From contig CAWBWI010000004.1 of the NCBI GenBank assembly GCA_963792585.1, positions 192,001 through 256,000 on the forward strand: a stretch of DNA of 64,000 nt. Reading direction: 5' to 3'. The notes beneath the pieces are model-generated. The model saw only the letters and a list, made by a program, of their open reading frames with translations, was not told the origin of the DNA and ran no database searches. The stretch's first letter is position 1; each line of letters opens with the position of its first letter. A program made the translations under genes and the position numbers. This DNA comes from Candidatus Eiseniibacteriota bacterium. Lineage in GTDB: Bacteria > Eisenbacteria > RBG-16-71-46 > CAIMUX01 > VGJL01. Of the stretch, positions 30,965 to 40,200 are shown one piece after another.

Positions 30965-32500
30965 ATGAGAAGCACCGGCCGACACTCCCAGCGCGTCCTC
31001 GATGCCCCCGTTGTCGTTATCGACATCGGATCCAACTCCGGCCGCATCGTCGTCTGCAGGATGGGAACGCATGGGGTCATCGAGATCGTCGGCGATTGCC
31101 GGGCTTCCCTACGACTCATCCATGACATCGACGATCAGGGAAGGCTCGGGGCCAAGACCATCGGGCGGGTCCTTCGAGCGCTCGGCGATTTCCGCGCCGT
31201 GGCGGATGGCTCGGGTCCACGCGCGCTGAGAGTGGTCGCAACGGCCGCAGTTCGCGAAGCCTCGAACGGAGAGGCTCTTTCTCGCCAGATTCGCCGGGAG
31301 ACGGGCATTGCCGTCGAGATCTTGAGCGGTGCTCGAGAAGCCCAATGCGCCTTCCTTGGGGCTGCGTACGGACTCCCGGTCGACGACGGAATGATGCTGG
31401 ATGTCGGGGGCGGAAGTCTCCAGCTGGTCCGCTTTCACAATCGAGTGTCGAGCCGCTCCTGGAGCCTGCCGTTGGGCGCGTTGCGATTGAGCGAGAGGTT
31501 CCTCGGCGGTAGGGCGCCGAGTCGGCGGAGCGTTTCCAAACTCAGGGCCCATGTGATCGATCAGTTTTCCCGAGCCGGTGTCTCTCTCCTTCCCCGCGCA
31601 GGGGCGCTCATCGGAACGGGAGGCACGATCCGCAATCTGGCCAAGATCGACTCCCGCCGGAGGCCCTATCCCATCTCGAGGCTGCACGGGTTCGAGATCT
31701 CCCGAGCCCATCTCGAAGAAGTCGCGGCGCAGTTGACCTCGCATCGCATCTCTGCGAGTTTCTCGATCCCCGGCCTCAACGCGGATCGCGCCGACTCGAT
31801 GTTGGGCGGCTGCTTCGTGGTCGAGACGGTCATGGACTTCATCGGCGCCGAGACCCTCATCGTCTCGGGGCAAGGGCTCCGGGAAGGGATCCTCTACGAG
31901 AAGAACCTCCGAGGCATCCCGTCGATCGAGACCGTGCGTCGCGCATCGATCGCCGACATCACGTCGCGGTTCCGCACCTGGGACCCTACCCGGGCTCGGC
32001 GGCGCGCCGCGCTCGCGGCCTCGCTCCACCGACATCTCGACCCCGAGGCGCCGCAGGAGATGCGCCAAATGCTGTGCCATGCGGCGACCGTGCTCGACAT
32101 CGGACGCAGCGTCGACTACTACCACCGCCACGAGCACTCCGCCACGATCCTCCGCTCGACGAACTTGATGGGCTTCTCGCACCGCGAGATCGTCCTCATC
32201 TCCGCGATCGTCGAATTCGCCGACGGCGAGGACGCGAGTCTCAAACGCTTCCGCCCCCTACTCCACCAGGCGGATCGAGGGTCGGTCCTCCGGGCGGGCC
32301 TCGTGCTCGCCATCGCTGACGAGATCGAACACCGACTGCCCCCGAACAGACCCGCCCGGGTCTTCTGTCGGGTCCGGGAAGACGGCTTCACCATCCGCTC
32401 CCCATACCTGAGAGCATGGCAACCACGATCCATCGCGGCCCGATTCCGTAAGCTCTTCGGGATAGCCCTCACAACAGGCGCGAAAGGGAAATCCGCATGA
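30965..32500 (+). CDS. ppx: Ppx/GppA exopolyphosphatase with C-terminal HD-like region
   Basis: IDIGSNSGR, VATAAVREASN, SGAREA, DVGGGSLQ, GTGGTIRNL, GLREG. Confidence 0.9.
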   Translation: MRSTGRHSQRVLDAPVVVIDIGSNSGRIVVCRMGTHGVIEIVGDCRASLRLIHDIDDQGRLGAKTIGRVLRALGDFRAVADGSGPRALRVVATAAVREASNGEALSRQIRRETGIAVEILSGAREAQCAFLGAAYGLPVDDGMMLDVGGGSLQLVRFHNRVSSRSWSLPLGALRLSERFLGGRAPSRRSVSKLRAHVIDQFSRAGVSLLPRAGALIGTGGTIRNLAKIDSRRRPYPISRLHGFEISRAHLEEVAAQLTSHRISASFSIPGLNADRADSMLGGCFVVETVMDFIGAETLIVSGQGLREGILYEKNLRGIPSIETVRRASIADITSRFRTWDPTRARRRAALAASLHRHLDPEAPQEMRQMLCHAATVLDIGRSVDYYHRHEHSATILRSTNLMGFSHREIVLISAIVEFADGEDASLKRFRPLLHQADRGSVLRAGLVLAIADEIEHRLPPNRPARVFCRVREDGFTIRSPYLRAWQPRSIAARFRKLFGIALTTGAKGKSA

Positions 32501-33255
32501 ACTTCAGAGAGCCCGCAGGCCTCCCCGGACGACTGATCATTGTCGAGGGGATCGACGGATCGGGCAAGAGCACGCAACTCGATCTGCTTCAGAAGTGGCT
32601 CGTGAGCGAGAACTACCTCGTCGTTTCGACGGAGTGGAATTCCTCGCCGATCGTCAAGCGGACGACCAGTCGGGGCAAGAAACTTCGCCTCCTGTCTCCG
32701 ATGTCGTTCAGCCTGATCCATGCCGCCGACTTCGCAAGCAGGATCCATTCGCAGATCCTGCCCGCGCTGGAGGCGGGTGCCGTCGTGCTGGCCGATCGCT
32801 ATGTCTACACTGCGTTCGCGCGCGACGGAGTTCGGGGGGTCGATGGCCGCTGGTTGCGGCGGCTCTACTCCTTCGCCTTCCGGCCCTCACTCGCCTTCTA
32901 CTTCGATGTGCCCCTGGAGGAAGCGGTCTCCCGCATCCTGGCGGGCCGCCCCGAACTGAAGTACTACGAGGCGGGACTCGATCTCGGGCTGAGCGGCGAC
33001 CCATCGGAGTCGTTTCGGATCTTCCAGGGACTGATCCGGGCAGAGTACGACCGAATCGTCGATGAATACGGGCTCATCCGCATCGATGCCAACGAGAATC
33101 TGGTTCGCCAGCAGACGCGGGTCCGCGAGACCGTTCGCTCCTGCCTCGAAGGCGTCATGAAGGTCGACAATGCGGGACTCCACAGCGCCCTGCTCCAGAC
33201 CAAGCTCAGAGGGCGCTATCTGCTATCCACCGGCCGGGGAGGATTCTCGGCATGA
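32497..33255 (+). CDS. Thymidylate-kinase-like P-loop protein (copy 1)
   Basis: EGIDGSGKSTQ, ILPALEAGAVVLADRY; lacks the canonical TREPGG. Confidence 0.8.
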   Translation: MNFREPAGLPGRLIIVEGIDGSGKSTQLDLLQKWLVSENYLVVSTEWNSSPIVKRTTSRGKKLRLLSPMSFSLIHAADFASRIHSQILPALEAGAVVLADRYVYTAFARDGVRGVDGRWLRRLYSFAFRPSLAFYFDVPLEEAVSRILAGRPELKYYEAGLDLGLSGDPSESFRIFQGLIRAEYDRIVDEYGLIRIDANENLVRQQTRVRETVRSCLEGVMKVDNAGLHSALLQTKLRGRYLLSTGRGGFSA

Positions 33256-33962
33256 CCAAGCTCGGCTTCTATGGGCACCGCCCACCGGGGCTCGATGGTG
33301 AATCGTTGCCGGGACGGTTGATCGTGATCGAGGGAACCGACGGGGTTGGCCGCTCGACGCAGATCGCGCTCCTGCGCGAGTGGCTGGAGGGCCGGGGATA
33401 CGCGGTCCTCGACACGGGCTTCACGCGCTCCAAGCTGGTGGGGCCGGGTATCCAGAGGGCGAAGCAAGGCCATACGCTCGATCCGATCACGCTGAATCTC
33501 TTCTACGCGACGGACTTCTGGGACCGCCTCGAACGGGAGATCCTGCCCGGCCTGCGTGCAGGCATGGTCGTGCTCGTCGATCGCTACATCTTCTCGCTGA
33601 TCGCGCGCGCCATCCTTCGGGGAGTCTCCTCCGAATGGATCGAGGGGCTCTACGAGTTTGCCCTGGTGCCCGATCGGGTGATCTACCTGGACATCGATGT
33701 GCCGTCTCTCCTGCCGCGCGTTCTCAGCAGCACCGGCTTCGATTACTGGGAGTCGGGTCAGGACTTCCTCCGCTCCGGGAGCGTCTACCAGGACTTCGTG
33801 ACCTACCAGACACGGCTCCTGGAGGAGTTCCGGCGCCTGGCGGCCCGCAACGGCTTCAAGGTGATCGACGGCAGGGGATCGATCCTCGAGATCTTCCGGG
33901 CCGTCTCCGCCGAGGTCGAGGGTCTGATTCTCGAGATGGGGACCGAGGGTCTGGACGCCTAA
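33252..33962 (+). CDS. Thymidylate-kinase-like P-loop protein (copy 2; P-loop Lys replaced by Arg)
   Basis: EGTDGVGRSTQ, ILPGLRAGMVVLVDRY. Confidence 0.8.
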   Translation: MTKLGFYGHRPPGLDGESLPGRLIVIEGTDGVGRSTQIALLREWLEGRGYAVLDTGFTRSKLVGPGIQRAKQGHTLDPITLNLFYATDFWDRLEREILPGLRAGMVVLVDRYIFSLIARAILRGVSSEWIEGLYEFALVPDRVIYLDIDVPSLLPRVLSSTGFDYWESGQDFLRSGSVYQDFVTYQTRLLEEFRRLAARNGFKVIDGRGSILEIFRAVSAEVEGLILEMGTEGLDA

Positions 33963-33963
33963 G

Positions 33964-34461
33964 CTAGAGCTCGAGCATGACGCGGGGCGGCAAGACCCAG
34001 GACAGGTGTGCGCCGCCGGGCCGAAGTTCCTCAGCCACCTCGAGCAGCGCGATGCCCCCCTTTCGCATGTCGACGAGCGCTTGAGCCCGCGACCCCGCCA
34101 GGAGGTACGAGACCAGCTCGTGCAGACCCGGTTCGTGGCCGACAACGGCCACGGAGGGACCGGAGAGAGCGGGCTTCAGTGCGGCGACAACATCCGCCGG
34201 CGTCCCGCCCGGCTCCAGCTCCTTGAGTACGGTCGGCGCCGGCCACCGCGCCTCGCCCGCGAGGATCTCGGCGGTTCGCCATGCACGCGCGAGCGGACTG
34301 CTCCAGACGGAGTCCGGGGGCGACGCGATTCGACGCAAACGGCGGGCGATTCGCCGGAACCGCTTCTCCCCCTTTTCGGTCAGGGGTCGATCCCGGTCGT
34401 CGGGCCATCGCTCGGCGTCACGCTCGAAGGCGATTGCGTGGCGGATGATATAGAGTTGCAC
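33964..34461 (-). CDS. sixA: Phosphohistidine phosphatase SixA
   Basis: IIRHA, DRPLTEKG, SSPLARAWRTA, VGHEP. Confidence 0.88.
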   Translation of the reverse strand: MQLYIIRHAIAFERDAERWPDDRDRPLTEKGEKRFRRIARRLRRIASPPDSVWSSPLARAWRTAEILAGEARWPAPTVLKELEPGGTPADVVAALKPALSGPSVAVVGHEPGLHELVSYLLAGSRAQALVDMRKGGIALLEVAEELRPGGAHLSWVLPPRVMLEL

Positions 34462-36146
34462 GATTTCTTCCTCCTGTCCCCCCGGGACCCAGGGTTGCGG
34501 ACGGCGTCGCGAACGAGATCAGACGCGAGCTCTTCCGCTTGCGCGGTCAGCGCCCCCTCGAGGCGCTTCCATGACCGCCCGCGCACGCGCCGGTAGGTCT
34601 TCCGGAACCGTTTGCGGATCCGGCCGATTCTGTCGGCGTGCATCTGGGCCAGCTCACCGATCGCAAGCAGCGTGGCCGCGGAGAATTGGCCGCCATGCGC
34701 GGCCACGATCCCGCGAAGCGCGACGATCGCCACCTCGGAATCCTGTTGAAGCCCGAGGAGATCCTGTAGCCTCACCAGCGCGCGAATCATCCGCTTTGCC
34801 GGCACTCCGTAGATCGGCGCGAGGAACTCGAGGGCGTACCGCAGCCGCTTCGCGCGGATACGGAGACTGTGATAGGTCGCCGGCGGGGACTCCGCATGGA
34901 CCCCTCTGCCCGCCTTCACGAGCTTCTTCCGTGCCCGACCGACCATCGCCGGTCCCGCCAGGCGGATCGGCGTCGTCGATCCCGGGGGCCTTGTCGAGGG
35001 AACCCGACGCAGGGCTTCCGTCGCGGACGCCACGAACCGCTCATGGCGCGGGGAGTCCAGAATCCGGAGTAGGTCCCTGCGGGCATCCTCGCGGCGTTGC
35101 TCCAGCACAACCATGAGAGGATCGAGGGCCGCTGCGCTCGTGGTTGCGATCCGCGGGATCCACGCCCCGATCTGAGCGGACATGACATCGAGATCGCGCG
35201 CCGCGCCCAGAGCCCGGCCAACGACGCGGAACTGCGCGCGCATCGATGCGGCCGGTCTCGCCGGCAATGCGTTCTCGAAGAGGCGCAGCGCGGCTCGCAG
35301 CCGGCGGCTTGCCACCCGCATGTCGTGGAGATACTTTGGGTGCTCGCCGAGCCGCACGCCCGGCTCATTCCGGAGGAATGCGGCGAACTGCCTGCGGAGC
35401 ACTGCAACGGCGACCTCTCCGGCCGTGAGACCGGCGTCGATTCCGGTCGAACCCAGATCCTCCGGGGCCGCTGGATCGAGGCCACGCACGAGCAGCGCGC
35501 GTTCGAATTTCGTCGTCCCCGCAAGGGCCAGGGACAACTCCGCCTGCAGCCTCCTGACGAACGGTTGAAACGACGCGACCGCGTCTGCCGGGGCCTCCAC
35601 CTCGATGCGGCGAATCACCTCCACCGGCGTTCCGTCATCGGCGAGAATCGTCGTCTCGTCCAGGGCGATCGCCCCCTCGCGGCCATCCGGTCCCCGAAGC
35701 CATCGCTCCTCACGGTGCGTGCGGAGTTCGCCGATGACCCGGAGGCTCTTCCTGCCGCAGACGCGCGAGACCCTCGTGCCCACCGCCCCGGGGGCGTCGA
35801 CGAGAAGGTCCGGGTTCGCGGCGGGAAGCAGCTCGCGGAGTTCCCACCGCCGCGCAATTTCCTCAACCGGGCCTCTCAGCTCCTTCAGGCAGGCTTCGAC
35901 CCGATCCTCGGCGCTGCGGATGCGAAGGGCGTAACCCGCTCGGTAGATTCTCCAGTCCGGCGTGTCGAGGTACCGATCGTGGAGATCCAAGGTCGTCGGC
36001 ACGCCGATCGCGAGCGGACGATCGGCCGAGGAAATCCCCAACCAGCGCCGTGCGTCAACAAGGTCGTCGCACTCGAACTGCCATTCCGCCTCGATGCTCC
36101 CGTCCCGCAAAGAATCGAGTCGAGGCTCTTCACCACGCGCATCCAC
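34380..36146 (-). CDS. CYTH + CHAD domain protein
   Basis: N-terminal EAEWQF...DRYLDT...ALRIR...IEVE (CYTH); LHDMRVASRRLRAAL, LGAARDLDV, HSLRIRAKRLRYALE, LQDLLG (CHAD). Confidence 0.88.
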   Translation of the reverse strand: MDARGEEPRLDSLRDGSIEAEWQFECDDLVDARRWLGISSADRPLAIGVPTTLDLHDRYLDTPDWRIYRAGYALRIRSAEDRVEACLKELRGPVEEIARRWELRELLPAANPDLLVDAPGAVGTRVSRVCGRKSLRVIGELRTHREERWLRGPDGREGAIALDETTILADDGTPVEVIRRIEVEAPADAVASFQPFVRRLQAELSLALAGTTKFERALLVRGLDPAAPEDLGSTGIDAGLTAGEVAVAVLRRQFAAFLRNEPGVRLGEHPKYLHDMRVASRRLRAALRLFENALPARPAASMRAQFRVVGRALGAARDLDVMSAQIGAWIPRIATTSAAALDPLMVVLEQRREDARRDLLRILDSPRHERFVASATEALRRVPSTRPPGSTTPIRLAGPAMVGRARKKLVKAGRGVHAESPPATYHSLRIRAKRLRYALEFLAPIYGVPAKRMIRALVRLQDLLGLQQDSEVAIVALRGIVAAHGGQFSAATLLAIGELAQMHADRIGRIRKRFRKTYRRVRGRSWKRLEGALTAQAEELASDLVRDAVRNPGSRGDRRKKSCNSISSATQSPSSVTPSDGPTTGIDP

Positions 36147-36210
36147 GGATCGATCGTATCACACCGCGTCGGGAGCGCCTTCCGGACGACCCGCGCAACG
36201 TCGCCGCCCA

Positions 36211-37032
36211 TCAATCGATTCGTGTCTTGCGCAGCCCCTTCACAGCCTTGGGATAGCTCATGTCGAGACCCTCGAGCGTCTGGACGAGCACGCTCGCGAC
36301 GACGAGGTTGCGAAACCACTTGTGATCCGCCGGCACGACGTGCCATGGGGCACGATCCGTGCTCGTCGCGCCGATCGCATCCTCGTAGGCCTTCATGTAT
36401 TCGCCCCAGAGTCTTCGTTCGCCGAGGTCTCCGACGGCGAACTTCCATTGTTTCCGGGGATCGTCACGCCGCTCCTCCAGCCGCTTCCTCTGTTCGTCCT
36501 TGCTGATATGAAGGAAGAACTTGACGATCGTCGTCCCCTCGTCGGCCAGCCCCTTCTCGAAGTCGTTGATGGTCCCGTAGCGGCGTCGCCAGATCTTCTC
36601 GGGGACGAGCCCGTGCACGCGGACGACCAAGACGTCCTCGTAGTGGCTGCGGTTGAAGACCACGATCTCGCCCCTACCCGGCGTCTGCTGGTGGATCCTC
36701 CAGAGGAAGTCGTGATCCTGCTCCGGTGGAGTGGGGACCTTGAAATTCGCGACGCGGACCCCTTGAGGGTTCACCCCCTGAAAGACGTGGCGGATCGTTC
36801 CATCCTTCCCGCCGGTGTCCATCGCCTGCAGGACGACCAGGACCTTGTGCGCATGCTGCGCGTAGAGGACGGTCTGAAGCTCCGCGAGTCGAGCCTGCAG
36901 GAGTGCGAGTTTCGCCTCCGCCGCGGTCTTCCCGCCTCGAAATCCCCCGCGATCGGCAGGGTCCCGCTTCGCGAGATCGACACTCGAGCCCGGTTGAATC
37001 CGGTAGCGTTCCACCCGACCTCCAAGGGTCAC
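36211..37032 (-). CDS. ppk2: Polyphosphate kinase 2 family (class III-like)
   Basis: LQAMDTGGKDGTI, GVNPQG, HDFLWR, FNRSHYEDVL, KFFLHISKDEQ, APWHVVPADHKW. Confidence 0.92.
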   Translation of the reverse strand: MTLGGRVERYRIQPGSSVDLAKRDPADRGGFRGGKTAAEAKLALLQARLAELQTVLYAQHAHKVLVVLQAMDTGGKDGTIRHVFQGVNPQGVRVANFKVPTPPEQDHDFLWRIHQQTPGRGEIVVFNRSHYEDVLVVRVHGLVPEKIWRRRYGTINDFEKGLADEGTTIVKFFLHISKDEQRKRLEERRDDPRKQWKFAVGDLGERRLWGEYMKAYEDAIGATSTDRAPWHVVPADHKWFRNLVVASVLVQTLEGLDMSYPKAVKGLRKTRID

Positions 37033-37033
37033 C

Positions 37034-37390
37034 TCAGATGGTGATCACCTTCGCCGCACGCCACTGCGCCTCGATGATGTCCGTCATCCCTCCGACGATC
37101 CCGACCTTCACGTCGTCGAGCATTCCGAAGTAGTCGAGACAGGTCTTGCAGACGACCAAGTGGACTCCCTTGCCCTCGAGAGATCGCAGTTGATCGAGCA
37201 CCGGAGAGCCTTCCACGACGAGCTTCACGCCGTCCGCATAGAAACAGATCGCCCCGGGAAGCATGTTGCTCTCATCGAGCAGCTTGAGGTAGATCCCGGC
37301 GAGCTTGTGCTGGAGTTCCGTTTCGGCCCGCCCCATTCCGTCGCTGGTCGCCAGAATGAGCAGGGATGGGTCCTTGATCTTCGCGTCCAA
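37034..37390 (-). CDS. DsrE/YedF-like sulfur-relay family protein
   Basis: ICFYADGVKL...GV.LVVCKTCLDYF...VGIVGGMTDI; TTG start with GGAGG RBS. Confidence 0.8.
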   Translation of the reverse strand: MDAKIKDPSLLILATSDGMGRAETELQHKLAGIYLKLLDESNMLPGAICFYADGVKLVVEGSPVLDQLRSLEGKGVHLVVCKTCLDYFGMLDDVKVGIVGGMTDIIEAQWRAAKVITI

Positions 37391-37794
37391 GTAACCTCCC
37401 TTTCGTACGTCGGTCTCGCCGTCTTCGCCTGCACGGAGTCGTGCGGCCGGTAGCTCCCGCCTTCGACTGTCGCATCCAAGTCGGTGATCCAAAGATAGCA
37501 GGACCTCTCCGTCTCGCGCAGTTGAACGTCGCCGGCCCGCTCTGTTGGACGGGGCCGGCGGATCGCCTCCCCCGTGGGGGACCCGCCGTGATACCATCCG
37601 ACGGGCGATTCGGGCATGATGGGCGCGAAATCGTCCGATCGTCTTTGGTTCGGGTCCGGCCGGACGAAGGGGACTCACGCGATGATGAAGCTCGCGAACG
37701 CCCGGGAATGGTGTCCTTCCACACCGCCCATCGACGCGCGCCCGACATCGGCGTCTCTCGGTCGAGCCCATCTCCATGGTCGCACTCCGACTGA

Positions 37795-39420
37795 ATGCGC
37801 ATGACACTTCTCCGCGGATCCTCCTTGCTCCTCATCGCGCTTGGCCTGCTCGCCCGGTTCGTCGTCCTTGGCATTGCTCCCCGCTACGGCTACGCGTGGG
37901 ATCATTTCGACAACATAGGGATGGGACGTACCGCCGCTTCGGCGGGACTCCTGCGGGTCTATTCCGTCTCGAAGGAAGACATCGCGATCGTTCATGGCCA
38001 GACATGGAAGAACGGCGCCCTCGAGGCAATCGACCGCCGCGCCAACATCGCCCCGAACTACCCCCCGCTCGCGATCACGATCTTCTTGGCGCAGACATCG
38101 GTCCTTGCCGCGATGCAGGAACGTCTCACCGCAAACACCTTCGGCGCGCGCCTCGTGATGGCGTCCATCCCGATCGCATTCGAGTGGATCACGGCGGTGG
38201 CAGCCGGGGCGATCGCCGCCAGGCTGTTCGGAGAGCGAAGGCGCCGTATCGCGCAGGGACTCACCTGGCTCCTTCCGCCGATCTTCCTGAACTCGTGCCT
38301 GTGGGGTCAGGTCGACGCCTTCTTCCTCGCTCCCGCCGCGCTGGCCGTGCTGTTCCTGCTGGACCGAAGGTGGGCGGCCGCCGGGATCACGGTCGCGGCC
38401 GCGTCCCTTCTGAAACCGCAGGGCCTTCTTCTCGCGCCGATCGCGTTGTTCGGCGCCGTGATCGGCATGGACGATGCGCCCCGGATCGACGCCTCGCAGG
38501 TCGCCCGGCGGTTCTTCACGATATTCGGCAGCGCGGCGGCCGCGGTCGCTGTCCTCACTGCGCCGTGGATGGTCGTCGATGGAATCGCATGGGTGCGTCG
38601 ATCCTACGTCGTGAGCTTCTTGACCGCCTTTCCCGACACGACCCTCTATGCTTTCAACATCTGGTACGCCGATTTGCTGCGGCTGGACGGTCGCCCGGTC
38701 TTCGCCCTGGATAGCACAGCCCGATTGCTCGGCGTGACCAAGGATGTGTGGGGCCGCGCTCTGTTTGGAATCGCATCCGCGGGGATCGCCGTTCTCTGCT
38801 GGAAGAGGATGCGACCGCGTTCGGTCTCCTTGGTCTATTTCACAGCCCTGCTCCTGTGGAGCGCCTTCATGTTTCCGACGCGCGTCCACGAGCGGTTCAT
38901 CCTCTATGGGATACCGTTCATTCTGGTCCTCTCCGTTGGAGTCCGGAGTCTGAGACCGGCGTTCCTGGCCCTCCTGGTCGTCGGGACCGCCGAGCAAAGC
39001 TGGAATCTGTGGATGAAGGGATCTCCCGCGGGCGCCCTCATGAATCGTCGGCAGGTCGAGTCGCGTCTTGCGATACTTCAAGCGGAATACGATCAGACCT
39101 CTGCGGAGTCCTCGGTCCAGGGCATCCGGAAGCGGCCGACACGCGGCGATGCCGTCGCCTCCCTTGCGGCCGAAGCGGAGGCGGTCCTGCCGAGCTACGT
39201 GCGGACGCGGCGCACGCTACGCCTCTGGGAAACCGGCTTCACTCTCCTCTCGATCGCGGGTTACGCGGCGGCCCTCGTTGGCCGGCCGCGCTCCGCGGCC
39301 GAGCCCGGGAAATCGCCCGGCTCTGGCAGGAACCCATCGAGTCCACCCGCAACGGACAGACGCGCGAGGAGTCGCAACACACCGCCCCCGACTTGCAGGA
39401 CGCGCAGGGAGGCTCCATGA
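37795..39420 (+). CDS. GT-C membrane glycosyltransferase (mannosyltransferase-like)
   Basis: NYPP, WGQVD, LKPQ, AFNIW and MFPTRVHER motifs; multiple TM segments. Confidence 0.72.
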   Translation: MRMTLLRGSSLLLIALGLLARFVVLGIAPRYGYAWDHFDNIGMGRTAASAGLLRVYSVSKEDIAIVHGQTWKNGALEAIDRRANIAPNYPPLAITIFLAQTSVLAAMQERLTANTFGARLVMASIPIAFEWITAVAAGAIAARLFGERRRRIAQGLTWLLPPIFLNSCLWGQVDAFFLAPAALAVLFLLDRRWAAAGITVAAASLLKPQGLLLAPIALFGAVIGMDDAPRIDASQVARRFFTIFGSAAAAVAVLTAPWMVVDGIAWVRRSYVVSFLTAFPDTTLYAFNIWYADLLRLDGRPVFALDSTARLLGVTKDVWGRALFGIASAGIAVLCWKRMRPRSVSLVYFTALLLWSAFMFPTRVHERFILYGIPFILVLSVGVRSLRPAFLALLVVGTAEQSWNLWMKGSPAGALMNRRQVESRLAILQAEYDQTSAESSVQGIRKRPTRGDAVASLAAEAEAVLPSYVRTRRTLRLWETGFTLLSIAGYAAALVGRPRSAAEPGKSPGSGRNPSSPPATDRRARSRNTPPPTCRTRREAP

Positions 39421-39474
39421 TGGGTCCATGGAATCCCGACCCCCTATGGGCAGTCTCAGAAGACGGATCCATCC

Positions 39475-40200
39475 TTGATCCGAGCGATCGGTCTGGCCCG
39501 CATCTACCGGCTGGGTGGACAGGAGATCCGCGCCGTGGACGGCGTCGACCTGGAGGTTCGCGAGGGCGAGTACCTCCGGGTCATCGGCGCATCCGGGTCC
39601 GGTAAGTCCACCCTTCTCTGTCTCCTCGCAGGTCTGGACAGCCCCACGGCGGGGCGGATCGAAACACCCCTGGGGGATCTGGCGACCCTGTCGCGACACG
39701 AGCTGGCGGTCTGGCGCGCCGAGCACGTCGGCATGGTCTTCCAGTCCTTCAACTTGATCCCCCATCGCACCGCTCTCCAGAACGTGGAGTTGGGAATGCT
39801 CTTCTATCGGATCCCCCGCGAGGAACGGACGCGGCGCGCTCGGGCGGCGCTTGACGAGATCGGCCTCGGGAATCGGATGCACCACCGCCCTTCAAACCTC
39901 TCCGGCGGGGAGCAACAGCGGGTCGCCCTCGCGCGCGCGCTCGTCAAGGGGCCCCGCATCCTTTTCGCCGACGAGCCGACCGGGAACCTTGACCAGGCGA
40001 ACGCAGACCAGCTCGCCCATACCCTCGCCGAACGCAACAAGGCGGGGATCTCGATCGTGCTGGTCACCCACGATCCCGCGTTGGCCGCCGAGGATGCGGA
40101 CCGAACGGTCCGGATGCATTACGGACGGATCGTGGAGGAATCGGCCCGTCGGCCCGGGGGCGTTCCTTCTGGCGATCCCCGAGGGTCGGCTACGCCATGA
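39475..40200 (+). CDS. ABC transporter ATP-binding protein (LolD/MacB-like)
   Basis: GASGSGKST, LSGGEQQRV, ADEPTGNLD, VTHD. Confidence 0.93.
   Translation: MIRAIGLARIYRLGGQEIRAVDGVDLEVREGEYLRVIGASGSGKSTLLCLLAGLDSPTAGRIETPLGDLATLSRHELAVWRAEHVGMVFQSFNLIPHRTALQNVELGMLFYRIPREERTRRARAALDEIGLGNRMHHRPSNLSGGEQQRVALARALVKGPRILFADEPTGNLDQANADQLAHTLAERNKAGISIVLVTHDPALAAEDADRTVRMHYGRIVEESARRPGGVPSGDPRGSATP

Noticed and set aside
30142..31128. N-terminal 330-aa extension of the ECF ORF (524 aa in the track)
   Set aside because: It overlaps two + strand genes. The ECF homology starts at MDPAGRGEVTQLL (30141).
37400..37790. Possible small gene or RNA element upstream of the DsrE-like gene
   Set aside because: Short protein-like stretch (CYLWITDLDA) but no convincing start, family motif or recognisable RNA structure.
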